Counted from the first letter of the stretch, positions 36,998 to 50,119 are shown. The stretch: DNA of 64,000 bases from Camelus ferus (GCF_009834535.1 NC_045696.1:3784001-3848000); one strand, 5' to 3'. The notes: generated by a model not told the origin, from the sequence alone. Program-made: numbers and translations.

Positions 36998-38239
36998 ATT
37001 TCTAAGCTCTGAGAGCAGAGTGGTGTCCGCGGTGGGAATTTGTAGCCGGCTGGTGAGTGGGGCTAGGATAGGGGACTGGAGGGAGAAGCCTCAGCGACTG
37101 TGAGGGCTGGAAACACAGGCCCATCTCCCAGGAACCCCTAAGGCAGGTAAGGGGGCCGTGTCCTCGCTCAGCTCCCCGGGCGCCCAAGAAGCTGCCTGGG
37201 ACACTTGGGAACTTTGCAGGTGTTTGCAGTCCCTGTGCGGCTAGTGCGGTAATTAGGATGGAAACCGTATCAAGCTTTCTCAGATAACAAGCCCGAGTGG
37301 GCAGCTTAGAGTAGCTGGACGGTGACACTGGATTCTGGAGACGCTGTGTGTTGACAGAGCTGAAAACTGCCTGTAGGGCGGGACCGGGGAGGTGGGGCAG
37401 GGGTCGGGGGCGCTTCCCAGGCCATCGGGTGCTCCCCAGACTGCGCCCCCAGCGGAGGAGCGTGGAAGGACACCCGCCCGGAGTCCCCCTGGCCTGGTTG
37501 GCTCCGCCCCCTACTCCCACATCCCCTTCCTGCGTCCCTCCCACCCTGCCGCCCAGACCTGCATGCACAGCCCCGCCGGCGATTCCGGCCCACCTGCATC
37601 CCTGCTTGCCCTTTTTGGTTCAGTCTTTGGTGCCAGCCTGCTTTCCTCCGGCCTCTGTGTCAGAACCTGAATAAATGTATGTGTTTAGTCATTGTCATCT
37701 CACTCCCCATCACTAACCACGGCACAGGAGCTCTGGGGCCAAGGAGAAGATGCTGCCTCGGGGACAAACGGTGGGGACAGTGGGAAGACGCAGGGACGAT
37801 GGAAGTGAATTAACCCCTCGCCCTTGTTGAATCACTCCTCGCTGAGTCTTCAGTCTGCTCGCCTGACCTTCAGTGTGCCCCCACCAGAACCAGCCCCCGT
37901 GCTAACCAGGGGCTCCAGGTGCATGACCACAGTTCCTACCCGCAGAGAGGCTGCCGTCCAGGGGAGAACACATATGCATGAACGATGATTGACGCGACAG
38001 TGTGGGACATGCTAGCATGAGGGCGGGCTCCTTCCACAACAAAGGGGCTTCCCAGAAGGCTGCTTGGAGGAGGCAACATATAAATAAATGGAGGTTTCCA
38101 GGCTTTGAGAGCAGACTAAAGGGGGTGGGTGGGCACGGATTGCAAGGTGGCATCATTCTGACTGGACAGGGCTTCCCTTGAGAGAGTGGCAGGAGGTGGG
38201 GTCTGGGCCAGGCTACTCAGTGACCACGGTCAGGATCAC

Positions 38240-38585
38240 AGTCAGCGCTGGCTGGGGATAAGTGGGGAGGCAGGGCCATGCTCGCTCCAAAGGCTCAGAG
38301 AAGAGTGCTTCCTGGCCTTTGTCCCAGCAGCTGGCATGCTGACAGCCCTGGGCTGTGGCCGCACGGTTCCTGTCCACAAGTGTGGCTTGTCCGTGTCTGC
38401 GTCTCTCTTCTCCTAGGACACCAGACTCAGGAACCACCCCTCTCCCCACTCCGGTCTGACCTCATGTCACCTCGGTTACATCTGCAAAGACCCTATTTCC
38501 ATATAAGATCACACCCACAGGCACGGTGTGGGAGCGGGCAGGACTTGGACATTGCTTTTGGGGGGGCACAGTTAAACCCACAGAC
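38240..38585 (-). mobile_element. MLT1-like LTR fragment
   Basis: gcagggccatgctc...ttacatctgcaaagaccctatttcca...gggggcacagttaaaccca. Confidence 0.8.
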
Positions 38586-39469
38586 CGCACACAGCGAGGC
38601 AAGCACACATCAGCTTCGCCCCCTCAGGACATCTGGAGCTTTGTGCAAAAACAAGAAACTTTCCCCAGGGAACAGGGAGTGGTGAGAACCCAGCCACCGC
38701 CCCTGGGGGAAGAGTTGTGAAACCTCAAGAATGTAGAGCCCCAAACTTCCTTAACTTGAGACAGCGAGAACTCTCGAATCAAAAGCACCCGGGGAGTAAC
38801 GCCCCGAGCTAGTGGTGTCTTCGGTATCTCCTGTCAGGCTTGAACACGCTTAGAAACTCAGCTGCCGCTTAAACCCTGCCAGCACTGCGTGTGCCTGGGG
38901 CTTCCAGCTTCCTTGGGCTCCTCCCCAAAGCCAGCAGGCCAGAGTTCCAGGCTCTGTGCCCAGGTCACACACAGCCCAGGGGACTGGTCTCTGCCCTCTC
39001 GTCCCAGCAGGACAGCTGGGCCTGACCACGGCCTGGAGAGCGGCTCCTCCCCAGGAAAGGGCATTAGGACCTCGTGGGTTGGAGGTCCTTCCCTGGGGAG
39101 GGAATTAGTCCCAGCTCGAGGGGGTACTGGTAAGCTGGGGCAGCGGGAGGCCACACCACCAACCTCATGGCAGGTTTCCACTTGGTGCCTCTGCAGCCTT
39201 GGGAATGTGGGAAGGTCCTCCGCCTTGCGCTGGTCAGTCACCCCATCTGGAAAGTGGGCCAGTAGGAGGTTTAAACAACCCAGTGTCCTAGCCCGGGGCC
39301 TGATCTCAACTAATGATGCTGCGACTTCGGTTATTCTTGGCTCCATCATCCTCATTTGCATATTGGATGAGAGACCCTGGCCATCCCTTCCAGGTGCTTG
39401 GCACGACCTGCTTCCACCCCAGGGCAGCGGTGAGTGTCTGCTCCAGCCAATGGACACGGCCTCTCTCCC

Positions 39470-39795
39470 TGTGAAAAGGTAAACCGAGGCATAGTGAACA
39501 TTTTAAGAGTTCATGTGAGCGAAAATCAACTAGAATGGGGCAATGCCAAACCAGCAGGAAGTGGAGTGCTTGCAGGCAGAGGCCGAAAAGATTTACTTAA
39601 AATGGAGAGGCGGACAGGACGTGACTGGATGGCGGCAGCTGAAGCCTAGGTTGCCCTGGGACCTTCAGGCTGTCCTTCAGGTTAGACTTCAGAACCCTGA
39701 TGCGTTTGCAGGCTTGGATCTGGGTTTGCTTCCATAGCTGCCACAGCCTTAGAGTCTTATCCGTCTAATGGCCTCTTTGTTGAATTAATTTAACA
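39470..39795 (-). mobile_element. ERV1-type solo LTR
   Basis: TG...CA termini (tgtgaaaaggtaaaccgaggc ... aattaatttaaca). The minus strand begins TGTTAAATTAATTC. Confidence 0.6.
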
Positions 39796-40489
39796 CCTGC
39801 TGGGGGACAGCTGGTCTCCAAGATGGCTCTGGCCCTTCCACCTGATGAGGACCTCCCGGTTCCTCTAGGACAAGCCTCTGGCCCAGGCCGGCCTCTCGGG
39901 CTGTGACCCAGATGGCCGCACAGGACCCCCGCAGTGGCACCCCCAGGGTCCCAAGCTCCATGTGCCCCTGCCCAGCATGGAGGTCTGCACCCCCTACCCT
40001 CTTCACTTTGTCCAGTAGAAGTATTCACGTGCCCAGGAAAGGTCCCCGCACTGTCCTGGGAAGGAGACGGCAGCATCTCCATCCGGGAGTGCTCTGCCCC
40101 ACCCTCCCTGCCCAAAGGGCAGGGTGGCCCCAGCGTCCTTGGATACTGCATACTGGATACAACCAAACAGTGAGCTCACCGTGCCCCAGGCACGTGCACG
40201 GAGGGCTGGATTCCCGCTGCCTCCAGCCCGTCTGCTCATCCTCTCGGGGAGCAGGCGGCTCTCTGCAGGGGCTCCGTCCCCTGACTTCATCTCTGAGCTC
40301 TCCTGCTGATCTTGCTGTGTTCCGATGCCTCTGTCAAATGCACGTCTGGGGGGGGGGGGGTTGTGAGGTGCAGGTGCCCTGCAGTGAGGCTTGCCCGAGG
40401 CTGTGGGTGGTCCTGGCTCACGGGCTCATCTGTGTCCCTCGGGGGCCAGGCAGGTACTGTGCGACGGGCAGTTGTGAGGACCAGCACTG

Positions 40490-40820
40490 CTCCCCTGGGA
40501 CTGCTGTGACAAAGCTCCACAATCCGGGGGCTTAGTCAGCAGAAACCTACTCTCACAATCTGGCAGTCGGAATCCAAAGTCAAGGCGTCAGCAGGGCCGT
40601 GCTCCCTCTGAGGGCTCCGGGCGGATCCTTCCTGCCTCTTCCAGATGCTGGGGGCTGCCAGCATCCTTGGCTGTGGCTTCCTCACTGCTTCTCTGCATCT
40701 GTGTGTCTCCCGTTTCCCACAGGGGCACCAGTCATTGGGTTAGTGCCGGCCCTATCCAGCCTGACAGCATCTCAACTTAATTATACCTGCGTGGATCCTA
40801 TTTCCAAATAAGGTCATTCT
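40490..40820 (-). mobile_element. MLT1C-like LTR
   Basis: ctgctgtgacaaagctccacaa...gcagggccgtgctccctctg...ttcctgcctcttcca...tatttccaaataaggtca. Confidence 0.85.
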
Positions 40821-41029
40821 TCACAAGTAGAATAAAAAAAGAGGGAGAGAGAGGATAAGGGGAGAAGAAAGCTGGGGAAAGGTAAAATAAAACGGAAGAG
40901 AAATGTCCATGAGTTTGAAGGCAGCAGTGACGGTGACAAGAGGTGAGGGCAGGAAGGAGGTTCTGGAGGTGAAGGGAGCTGACTCTTCACATGAAGCCCT
41001 TTCAGTGTGCTGGGCATTGTTTGAGAGCG

Positions 41030-41200
41030 TTACAGAACCGCTGGTCTAGCCTTCACAACAGCCCTGCCAGTGGTTATCATCATCTCCACTTTCTCTGCTG
41101 GCAAAGGGAGGCACAGAGAGGTTGCGTGACTTGCCCACGGTCACACAGCCAGTAGTGACAGACTTGGGACTCAAACCCAGGGAGTTATCCTCTTGACCCC
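41030..41200 (-). mobile_element. MIR SINE fragment
   Basis: tcacaacagccctg...gaggcacagagaggttgcgtgacttgcccacggtcacacagc...ggactcaaaccca. Confidence 0.8.
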
Positions 41201-42027
41201 TCAGCTTGGCATGGGGTGGCGATGGGAGGTTTGGTGAGTCCTTGAGCCCCCCACTCCCCTCACTTCCCTGTGGGAGGGACAGCGGAGCTGGGACTGCCTT
41301 GGGGCAGAGGCTGGGGCTGGCGAGGGGGCTACTCCACCACCACGTGGCCGTACCGGACATCTCAGAGGGGCAGCTTCATAGGGCTAAGGATTTATTTTCA
41401 TTTTTCAAAACAAACATGGATGGTCTATGTAATAGGATGACAATATTTTGCAGCCTTTGAAGATAGAAGTCTCAGAAGACGTTTTGAACTTCGAGGAGGC
41501 ACCCCTGGGCCAAAGGTGCCCAGGATGCGTCTAGGATGTTCCCAGCGTTAGGGGCGTGTGGGCCGGTGGAGAAATTTGAGGAATGACTCGGGTTAACCCT
41601 CTTCATTTTAGAGCTGCAGGAACTCGCCTGGGGAAGTCAAGGGACTTTTCCAAGACATCTTTGTGAGTAATTGGTGGTTGATTTGTTTTTCTTTTTCTTC
41701 AAACATTCAGCTATTCTGTGCAGTCTCCTGAGGGCTTGGCCGGCGTCAGACCAGCTAACAATCAGATGCCAGGCCGGTGACTGGGCGGCCGGTGTGTGAC
41801 CAAGCTGGGCGTGACCGCTCGGGAGACCACACCCCTTCTCCATCAGCCCCCGGCCTGGACACTCACTTGGGAAAGCCGTCTTCACCTGCTTGGCACAAGC
41901 GTCGGCAGGACTGTGGGTGGAGCTGGGGGAAGGTAGCCTGGCCCTTTCATACTCCAGATGCCCTCTTGTCCAGCACCGGGGTGGCCTCTGTGTTAGCCAG
42001 GAGGGGTTTTGTAATGTCTTTCCACTG

Positions 42028-42448
42028 TGAAAGGGGCAGAACAGGCCCCCAGAACTGCCCCGTTGATGTAAGGATCACTTTCCGCTGAAGGCACTCGCCG
42101 GCAGCAGGTGCAGGAAGGGCGCTCTGAGTCTCCCTCTCCTCCTCAAAGTGGGAGGTAGAGGTCCCCTGTGAGGGCGGCCCTCCCAGCACCAGGAGGACGG
42201 GGGGCTCTGCACAGGCCTCGTTCGAACGGCGCTCACGCTCCTCCCCACCACCGTGTATTTAGTTACTTTCCTGTATAAACGCATGTAGGTGTTGCTGCTT
42301 CTCGGGGCCTTCGTTTCCTTGTGAGGGTCCTGTGCCTGGTGAAAACTACATTGAATAAAAGTGTATGTGCTTCTCCTGTCAGTTCATCTTATTTCATTCG
42401 CAGGCCAGCCAGAGACCTGAGAGGGAGAAACAGGGTTCGCCCCCTACA
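42028..42448 (+). mobile_element. MER34-like ERV1 solo LTR
   Basis: Starts tgaaaggggcagaac, has aataaaa at ~42355, and ends gccagccagagacct...cccctaca. Confidence 0.65.
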
Positions 42449-42867
42449 CCTGCATGGCCCCGGGCACTGATTGGGTGGACGGACACTGGCCGGGGTGCAG
42501 GAGCAGAGCCCCAGGGCCCCCAGAGGCCAGGGCTTACTTGCCTCCAGGGGGAGCACTTGGAGGGTCTTGGTGCAGGGGCCACCTAGGGACAGGTCCTGGA
42601 GTATTTCAGGGACAAGAGGCCCAGCCCTGCTGGCTGTCCTGCTGTCCACTGTCTCCATCCTCAGCTCCATTTGTCTGTGAACGTCTGCCCCTGGAGCAGC
42701 TCTCTGTGGTCCTAGCGCCCCTTCCACAGACCCTGGGGGACTTACCATCTCTAAAGAGCGGGACCAGCGCCAGTGCTCTGCAGGTATTGATAGACACGTG
42801 CTGAGTTGGGGAAGAGCGTTTCTGCTAGTGGCACATACACTCTGCAGGCCCAGGGCAGGTGTGGCTC

Positions 42868-43410
42868 TGTATGCATCAGCTATGGCTGCCTAACAAGTCA
42901 GCCCGGGGCACAGCGGCTCAGAACACCTGTCATCTCACAGGTTCCCCGGGGGAGGGGGGGGTCCAGGCATAGTGTGGGCAACCCCTCTTCTTTGGAGCCT
43001 CCCCCAAGCTTGCAGTCCGGGTGCCCATTTGGGGCCCCAGCCATCTGAAGTTCCACTAGGGTGGATCTGCCTGGGCACTCTCTCAGCACTTGTGGGCAGG
43101 ACCTGGCTCCTCTCGGGCTGGCTGTCAGCCTCAGGGCTTCACTGGCTGTTGGACAGAAGCTGCCCTATTCCTTGCCACGTGGACCAGGGCCTCCCTGATG
43201 CCGCTGCAGCGTCATTGGAGGGGGCAAGGTGGGAGCACAGTAGGCAAAGAGTCCCACAGGACGGGAGTCAGTCTTAAAACGTTCCATCATGCTTGCTACT
43301 TTCTGTCCCTTAGAAGCAAGTCACTAGGTCCAGCCCCCACGACAGGGGAGGGGATCACACAGGAGGTGAATGCCAAGAGGCACGATCGTTGTTGGGGGCC
43401 GTCTTGGAGC
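42868..43410 (-). mobile_element. MLT1E-H-like LTR
   Basis: catcagctatggctgcctaacaa...catctcacagg...agaagcaagtcactaggtccagccc...caggggaggggat. Confidence 0.7.
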
Positions 43411-44419
43411 CTGCACAGTGTAGCCCAGCCCATCAGGGTGGGCTGGCCGGAAGCAGCAGCACTGACGGACACTCACCAACTGCTAATTTTGTGTCAGCCT
43501 TTGCTCAGGGCTGTATGTTAATTACCTCCAACTTCAGGATGTCCCGCCCTACAATGTGGAGACTTGGAGAAGGTGAGTGACTTTCCCCTTTGAGGGACAA
43601 AGCTTGGTGCTGACCCAGACCCTCTGGCTGCACAGGCTCAGTCTTCTGGCTGCTCAGTCTTACTCATCCTTTCTCAGAGTTGAGTGGTTTACTCTAAGCA
43701 GGCTTCCTGCAGGAGGAGGAAGCAGTGGGCACAATATGACGGAGGCCAAGGACAGTGGCCTGCTGACTTTAATGAAGAATGCTCTTGTTGGGGAAAATGC
43801 CGAGCGCCGAGGTTAAGTTGTCCTGACCTCGGTCGCAGGTTTTTGGTGCTGAGGAGGGGGGCAGAGGTATGTCCTCGGGCTGCTGGTTCCATTTGAACAT
43901 TCTGGAAAACTGCCAGGGTTGACTCTTGGCAAAGTGACCCAGCCTGGGTGTGCAGGTGACCGAACACTGAAGAACAAGCCAGCTGCTGTGACAACCCTCC
44001 AGCGGTCCCCTCAGTGTGGGGCGTCTCTGGGGCTGTGACATTCACCTCTCCCTGGGCTCTTTTGCACACAGGCAGGATGAGTCACAAATGCAAGACAAAC
44101 AGCTGCACAGAGACAGGGGACAAAGGCCTTGGCATCTGCGTGGCCCGTCCTGCAGGGGCCTGACCCCTTTTTTTGCCAGAACCTCGTCTCTTCCAGGAAC
44201 TGACACCACTGTGAAGCCTGCCCACAAGCCCAGATCGGTGCATCTTTTTTCCGTCTGCGGGCCTGTCTTTCTGTCTGGGGGTCTGCACATTACAGGTGAA
44301 TGATGACCCTGTTAGAAGTCAGATTCTTCTCTGTTTTTCTTGCTCTGGTTCAATAAGCAGGAGCAAAGGGATCACGCTTGGTGCCAAAAAGCCCTGAAGG
44401 AGGTCGTGTTGATGGGAAT

Positions 44420-44860
44420 TGTTAACTGAAATAAAACTCACAGCCTAGAAGTTGAGAATTATGTTTTATTCGAGGACTGAGGACTTAAACCAGGAAGACA
44501 GGCTCTCAGAACGCTCGGAGGGACTGCTCCAAAGAGATTAGGGAGGAGCCAGGATATATAGGGGCTTTTTGCAACAAATACCACCTAGTTGAAACATCAA
44601 AAGATTACTGTTAATTAAGAAAAACCAGACATCTCAAGTTAAGGAATTTAGGGCTTTCCTATGTATGAGAAGATGCAAGAGTCTGGGCCACTGAAATCAC
44701 TCCTTTGATCTGCACCTCAGCTCTCTAGGGCCAGCGTCCTGCTTTTCTCCATCCTGAGTCCCCTCTGGTTGCACAGTCAGGAGTGGCTACAGTGGCTGAT
44801 GGCTTGACGGCCACAACATCCTTTGTTTACTGAGATGGCGGGCAGCATTCTTCACCCACA
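44420..44860 (-). mobile_element. MER41-like ERV1 solo LTR, copy A
   Basis: TG...CA termini, minus-strand AATAAA (ttttattc) and TATA (tatata), and homology to copy B. Confidence 0.8.
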
Positions 44861-44924
44861 AGCCTAGAACTGTGAGTTTGGGAAAGTGCCTGACATTTCC
44901 TCTGCGTGAACCTTTGGGTGGCTT

Positions 44925-44942
44925 TTCTCTCTCTCTTTCTTT

Positions 44943-45029
<87 letters not shown>

Positions 45030-45048
45030 CTCTTTCTCTCTTTCTCTC

Positions 45049-45093
<45 letters not shown>

Positions 45094-45110
45094 TTCTTTC
45101 CTTTTTTTTT
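44925..45110. repeat. (TTTC)n/(TC)n polypyrimidine microsatellite
   Basis: Directly visible. Confidence 0.95.
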
Positions 45111-46522
45111 TGTCTGCCAATTTACCATGGGAGGACAGCAGCCAAACTAACTTTCCCAAGGGCATACCTTAAAGTTTCCAAGACACCTGAGTCTCAGGGA
45201 AAGCAAAGGCTTATCTAGGATTATTTACCTGGTGATAGAAACGGCTCTTTGAAAAGTCTTTCTACCACCGCGTCAACAGTAACTCTTAGTTAAAATGTAA
45301 ATTATTAACACATTCTTATAGAAAAAGACACAGAAGGCCCATTAATGGTATACCCTAGTTACCTCCACAATATTATTTTCCGGTTGCTTAATATACTTAC
45401 AGATCAGAAAAGCTACAAATGTCAGGGAGCCCGGCCAGCAGAGATCACATTTGCATGGCAGCTTTGCAGATTAGACAGTAAATGGAGAGGCTCATATTTC
45501 AAAGAGCTTTCTTAACACCTATTGTCCTCTTGCCCAAGGAATCTTGCAGGTTTAGGAAGAAAGATTCTTTTAGAGAACTGAAAAATTTTGTGCCAGCCAG
45601 ACCCCTTCCCAAAGCCACACTAGAAGTCCCTTTTCTGCCCCTTGGTGACTTTGTAGCACTCGTTTTTCTTTAAGGCAGGTTGTCACCTCCCCAGTCCGTG
45701 TGCTAATAATCAACCAGAGTTAAGTGTCACAGGAGTGGAACCGAATAGTCCAAGGACGTCATTGCCTCTCTCCGGTTGCTAAGCAACACCTCCTTCGCGG
45801 AGGTGGACAAAACAGGTTGGGGGAGATACCAGAAAACAAGCCTTCTTATTCCAGGTCGGCCCCACTGCCCCCTGGAAGGGGACAAGACAAGGGAGCCTCT
45901 CTCGGGGCCACCTACTCAAGAGGCATCCTTGTCCTGCCTTCTCCAGAGTCCTCGATACAGTGGAACGGGACCGCGAAGCCCCTGGGTGCGGCTGATGTGC
46001 GCTACCAAGCCTAATGCCCGGAGGAATTCTGCCGCGCCCGCTGTCTCATCCTCCGCCCCGACCCGGGGACGCTCTCCGAGTGTGGGCGGCTCCGTGCTCC
46101 ATCCGTTTCCCGGGTTCCAGCTGAGAAATATCGCTCAGCCACTGGGGAGGCTCGGGACCCCCAGATTCACTGGCCACAGGTGTCAGGCCCTTGCAGCGCC
46201 GCCAGCCGGGTGGGATGCTTCCGCAGCCTGTGCACGGAGGAGACGTTTACATTCAGTCCCCTGCGCCGTCTAGACTCCGCGGGGCAGAAGGTGGTGCAGG
46301 AAGATGGACGATGTGATCAGTTTTCCTGGGGCCGGACACAGCAGACTCTGGACTCCATCCCGGCCCTGCTGTGTAGACACTGAGTGCAGCCCTGGGCGGG
46401 AGCCTTTCCCGCTGTGTTCTCTTGCTTAAAAGGTGGACATTTTCTCCTAGGAACCAGCCCAGCAGGAATGCTTGCACAAGGACACATGTAAAGGGTGTTT
46501 ACCGTCGCATTGCTTGTAATAG

Positions 46523-47034
46523 TGTTGACTGAAAAAAAAAAAAAGGCACAGCATAAAAGTTGAGAGTTATGCTTTATTTGGCGGACATTTCTGAGGACTT
46601 GAGCCCAGACAATGCTCTCAGGTCGCTCTGACGGCCGGCTCCGAAGAGGCAGAGGAGGAGCCAGGATATACAGGCGTTTTGCCACAAAAACCAGGTAGTC
46701 AGAACATCAAGAAATTAGTGTCAATTAAAGAAAACCAGGCATCTCAAGTTAAGGAGTTTAGGGCTTTTCTGTGTGTGGGAAGATGCAAAAGTCTGGGCTC
46801 ACTGAGACCACTCCTTCGATGTGCACCTGGCTGTCTGGGGCCAGTGGCCCGTTCTCTCCCATCCTGAGCCCCTCAGGGGACGCCACTGGGGGCGGCTGCA
46901 GAGGCCTGGGCTGCCTGCCTGTCTCCAGCCTGAGTCCCCTCCTGCTCACCACTGGGGACGGCAGTAGTGGCTGATGACTTGATGGCCACAGCGCCCTTTG
47001 TTTACTGATGTGGCTGCAATATTTTTCATTCACA
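46523..47034 (-). mobile_element. MER41-like ERV1 solo LTR, copy B, with 4-bp TSD
   Basis: tgttgactg...cattcaca flanked by ATAG at 46519-46522 and 47035-47038. Inserted in an old L1M relic. Confidence 0.85.
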
Positions 47035-47689
47035 ATAGCAACAACAGCAAAAAGGAGCCTAGATGAAGACTGTTAACAGCGGAAAGGTGCCATTGCACCA
47101 TGTCTATGCGAGGAGCTGCTGCTCGGGCGTTAAGAAGGGCGGGGTAGCTCTATTCCTGTGGACGAGGGAAGAAGGCCTTGATGTGTTACTTGTTCAAACG
47201 AGGCTCCAATAAAGCACACTGCTGATGCTTCTCTGAAGCCCCTTCTGATTTACAGTAATTCTTACAGCGTCTACTTGTTAAAGAAATCCAGGGATTTGTC
47301 CGGGAGATTTTTCGGCATTTTGGATCAGGTTGTTTGAGTCTTAAGATGTTCTTTAAAAAAATTCCTCCATCTCCTGTATTTCCTGTAAAACGGGAGAAGA
47401 TCTACGAACGGGCTGAAATGCAGGTTCAGCTCCTTTGGCGAGGATGCTTCCCAGGAGCTTTGTTCTTCCAAGAGCGCCTGTCACATGGAGAGGCCAGTGG
47501 TGTCTGGGTGCCTTGGTTTGGGGGATGGCTGTTGAGGTCGACCCCTGGGGCAACTGCTGTCAACCTTCTCAGTTTCAGCAGCCACTGAAAATCTGGGTTT
47601 AGATCCATTATGTCACTGGGCTTTGCAAGATGCAACTGTCGCCCATTTCCTCTACATTTAGAAGCTGGAGTTCTATAAAGAAGCATTTT

Positions 47690-47828
47690 GGGGGAGGGTG
47701 TAGCTCAGTGGTAAAATGCATGGCTAGCATGCACGAGGTCCTGGGTTCAACCCCTAGTACCTCCGTTAAATTAAAAAAATACATATACCTAATTACCTAC
47801 CCCCCAAATTTTTTTAATTAAAAAAATA
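47690..47828 (+). mobile_element. tRNA-derived SINE, Vic-1-like
   Basis: gggggagggtgtagctcagtggt...gaggtcctgggttcaacccctagtacctcc, then cctaattacct and an A-rich tail. Confidence 0.85.
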
Positions 47829-48055
47829 CTAATTAATATGTACATAAAATAGATAAACAACAAGTTCATACAGTATAGCACAGGGAAATATATTCAATAT
47901 CTTGTAGTAACTTATGGTGAAAAAGAATATGAAAACAAATGTATGTATGTTCACGTATGACTGAAGCATTATGCTGTACACCAGAAATTGCCACAACATT
48001 GTAAACTGACTATACTTCAATACAAATGTGTATGTATTAAAGATAAGAAAAAAAG
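47829..48055 (+). mobile_element. L1 3'UTR fragment fused directly behind the SINE
   Basis: aaatagataaacaacaag...gtatagcacagggaaatatattcaa...gtaaactgactatacttcaat. Confidence 0.9.
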
Positions 48056-48484
48056 AAGCACTTTCCTTCAATGCCTATTTGTTTACACTAAAATGCTCTT
48101 TTTATAGGAAAGACCAGATACCTGATTTATTCTGTCCTTTTTATTAGTTTTCAGAATAACCATCTTAGTAACTTCTGTAGTACCCCGTTTGGAGGATGGA
48201 ATGACCCCTTTGGTGGGCGCCAGTGGAAGCCCCTGCAGGCTGACTCTTGTGTCCTTTTGACACCGTCTCAGCAGTCTTTGATAGCTTCCTTGCTTCGGAG
48301 CTCAAGATGGCTCAGACTCATTGTGCTTATCTCTTGCCCCAGAAGCCTGCCATCCCTCCAGGGATCATCTGGCCCTTTTCAGTGGGAAATGAGATTTAGC
48401 AACCACAGCTGGGGTCCTGGGACACTCACTGCTAACGGGCTGTCATTGCTTCAAGGTCCTTTGCTGCAGACGGAGGTGCTGAGA

Positions 48485-48760
48485 TATTAGGTTTATTAGG
48501 GAGCTCTCTTGGGATCAACATCTGTGGAGCGGAAGGGAGCAGGATTGAACTCAGGCAGAGCTGGGCTGTGATGAATTCAGTGACCTCAGAGAGAGATCTC
48601 AAGCTGGGAGTGTCTGTTAGAGCTGCCCTGAGTTGGGGCCCCAGACCAGGCCTTTATTGCCCTGGATCAGTGATTACATGTGAGTCCCCTGGGAAGGGGG
48701 CCTGACCTTGGTGAAGACAGCTGTCTCAGAGGCAATTCCTGGAAAGGGATGACAGCTGAC
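48485..48760 (-). mobile_element. LTR33-like ERVL LTR fragment
   Basis: ctcttgggatcaacatctgtg...agcaggattg...gctgggagtg...gggggcctgaccttgg resembles recalled LTR33. Confidence 0.6.
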
Positions 48761-48769
48761 ATCAAACAC

Positions 48770-49450
48770 CTGCCTTCTAATTTTTCTAATTCTGTCTTCA
48801 GCTGTGTCTAATATTCTGTTTGACGTATCCACTGAGTTTTTAATTTCCAATACTTGGACTTTTTTATTTGTAGAAGTTTTATTTGTTTCTCCTGAAGTCT
48901 GTTTCTTTCTTTTATTTTAATAGACTTTCACTTTGTTCTCATAATGCTCTTTTATTTCTTTAAATAAAAATAAATAAATAAAAATAGATTTTTTCCTCTT
49001 ACAGTCACTGTGCCGTGCATCACATCCCCAGGACATATTTATTTTATAACTGGATATTTGTACCTTTTGATTCCCTTTGCCTATCCCCTCCCCCTACCTC
49101 TGACAACCACCAGTCTGTTCACTGTATCTATGCATTTGTTTTCTTCTTAGACTGTATGTATAAGTGAGATTATACAGTATTTGTCTTTCTGTCTGACTTA
49201 TTTCACTACTCATAGTTATTTTAAAATTCCAACCTGACAGCTCCAACCTCTGGGTCACTTGGAGTCTAGTTGTGTTGATTGCTTTGTCTCTTGACAGTGG
49301 ATTTATTACCACCCGCCCCCCCCCCTCGCTTTTTTGTATGTTTCCTTGTTGAATCTCAGATATTATGTGTTCATTTCAATGGACATAAAGTGTTTCCTTC
49401 TGGGAATGGCCGTGTCTCTTCTGTAAGGCATCAATGTGTTGGAGGGAGGT
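48770..49450 (-). mobile_element. Old L1 relic with a nested L1 3' fragment (~48990-49207)
   Basis: Antisense L1-like text (ccactgagttttaatttc) plus tgacaaccaccagtctgttc...gtctgacttatttcact. Confidence 0.6.
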
Positions 49451-50119
49451 TTGAATCAACCTGCTCAGGTGTTGGCCTCAGTTTGGGACTTTCAGGGTAC
49501 CAGCAACTTCAGATTCCAGTGGGGATGCCAGTGTCTTGTGCTTAGGACAAGGGCTGGGGGACACAATGTTTTGCTCTGCCCTATGTTTTCAGCTGGCCCT
49601 GCTTGCCTGGCACACAGAAGGGACCTCTACACGTATCTGCCTTTCCCCAGTGGAGACTGACACAGTTCAGGCAGCTGCGCTGGCCGGGCTGGAGTTAGGA
49701 GCCAGGAGGGCTCTCTGGTCCTGGTCCAGGGCCAGCCTTGGCAGGCCCTGTGTGCTCGGGGATTGGAGGGTGAGGCTTTCTCAGACTTCCTGCCTCTTCT
49801 CCTGGGACATCCAGCCTCCCCTTTGTAAGTGTGGTGGGTTTGTGTGGGTGTTTCTGGCCCTCCCTGTGTAGTCATCCTTTAGGGACCAGGTGGGACCCAG
49901 GCCTGTTTCCCGTCCGCCACTCAGAGGGAGGGAAGTCCTCCCCCACCCACGGCATGAGCCTCGAGGGGTGGACATGGGGGCACACCTTCCTGACCCTCCA
50001 CTCACCAAGGCCCCCCACCCCAGCTGGGCCGCCAGGAGGAGGCTCTGCGAAGGGGCCGCTGCGCTGTGCTTTGTTCATACCTCCAAGGAGAAACTTCAAA
50101 GTATGTGATGATAGAAAGT

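Noticed and set aside
36555..37103. CV/HT-repeat ORFs (similar cases at 16.8-17.5, 19.3-19.8, 22.2-22.4 and 44.8-45.2 kb)
   Set aside because: They are simple-repeat translations.
37040..37720. Possible further LTR (AATAAA at ~37670, GC-rich body)
   Set aside because: I could not define termini or a family with confidence.
44420..47034. Two co-oriented related LTRs as the ends of one provirus
   Set aside because: They are clearly diverged, copy B has its own ATAG TSD, and no gag/pol-like sequence lies between them.
47690..47765. tRNA gene (also at ~21015-21090)
   Set aside because: The tRNA-like head is followed by a SINE body and tail and has mismatched stems, so it is a SINE.
50040..50100. 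AAALCFVH as possible TSPEAR exon 1
   Set aside because: Only a short LCFV resemblance, without the rest of the signal peptide, an ATG at the expected position, or a donor site.
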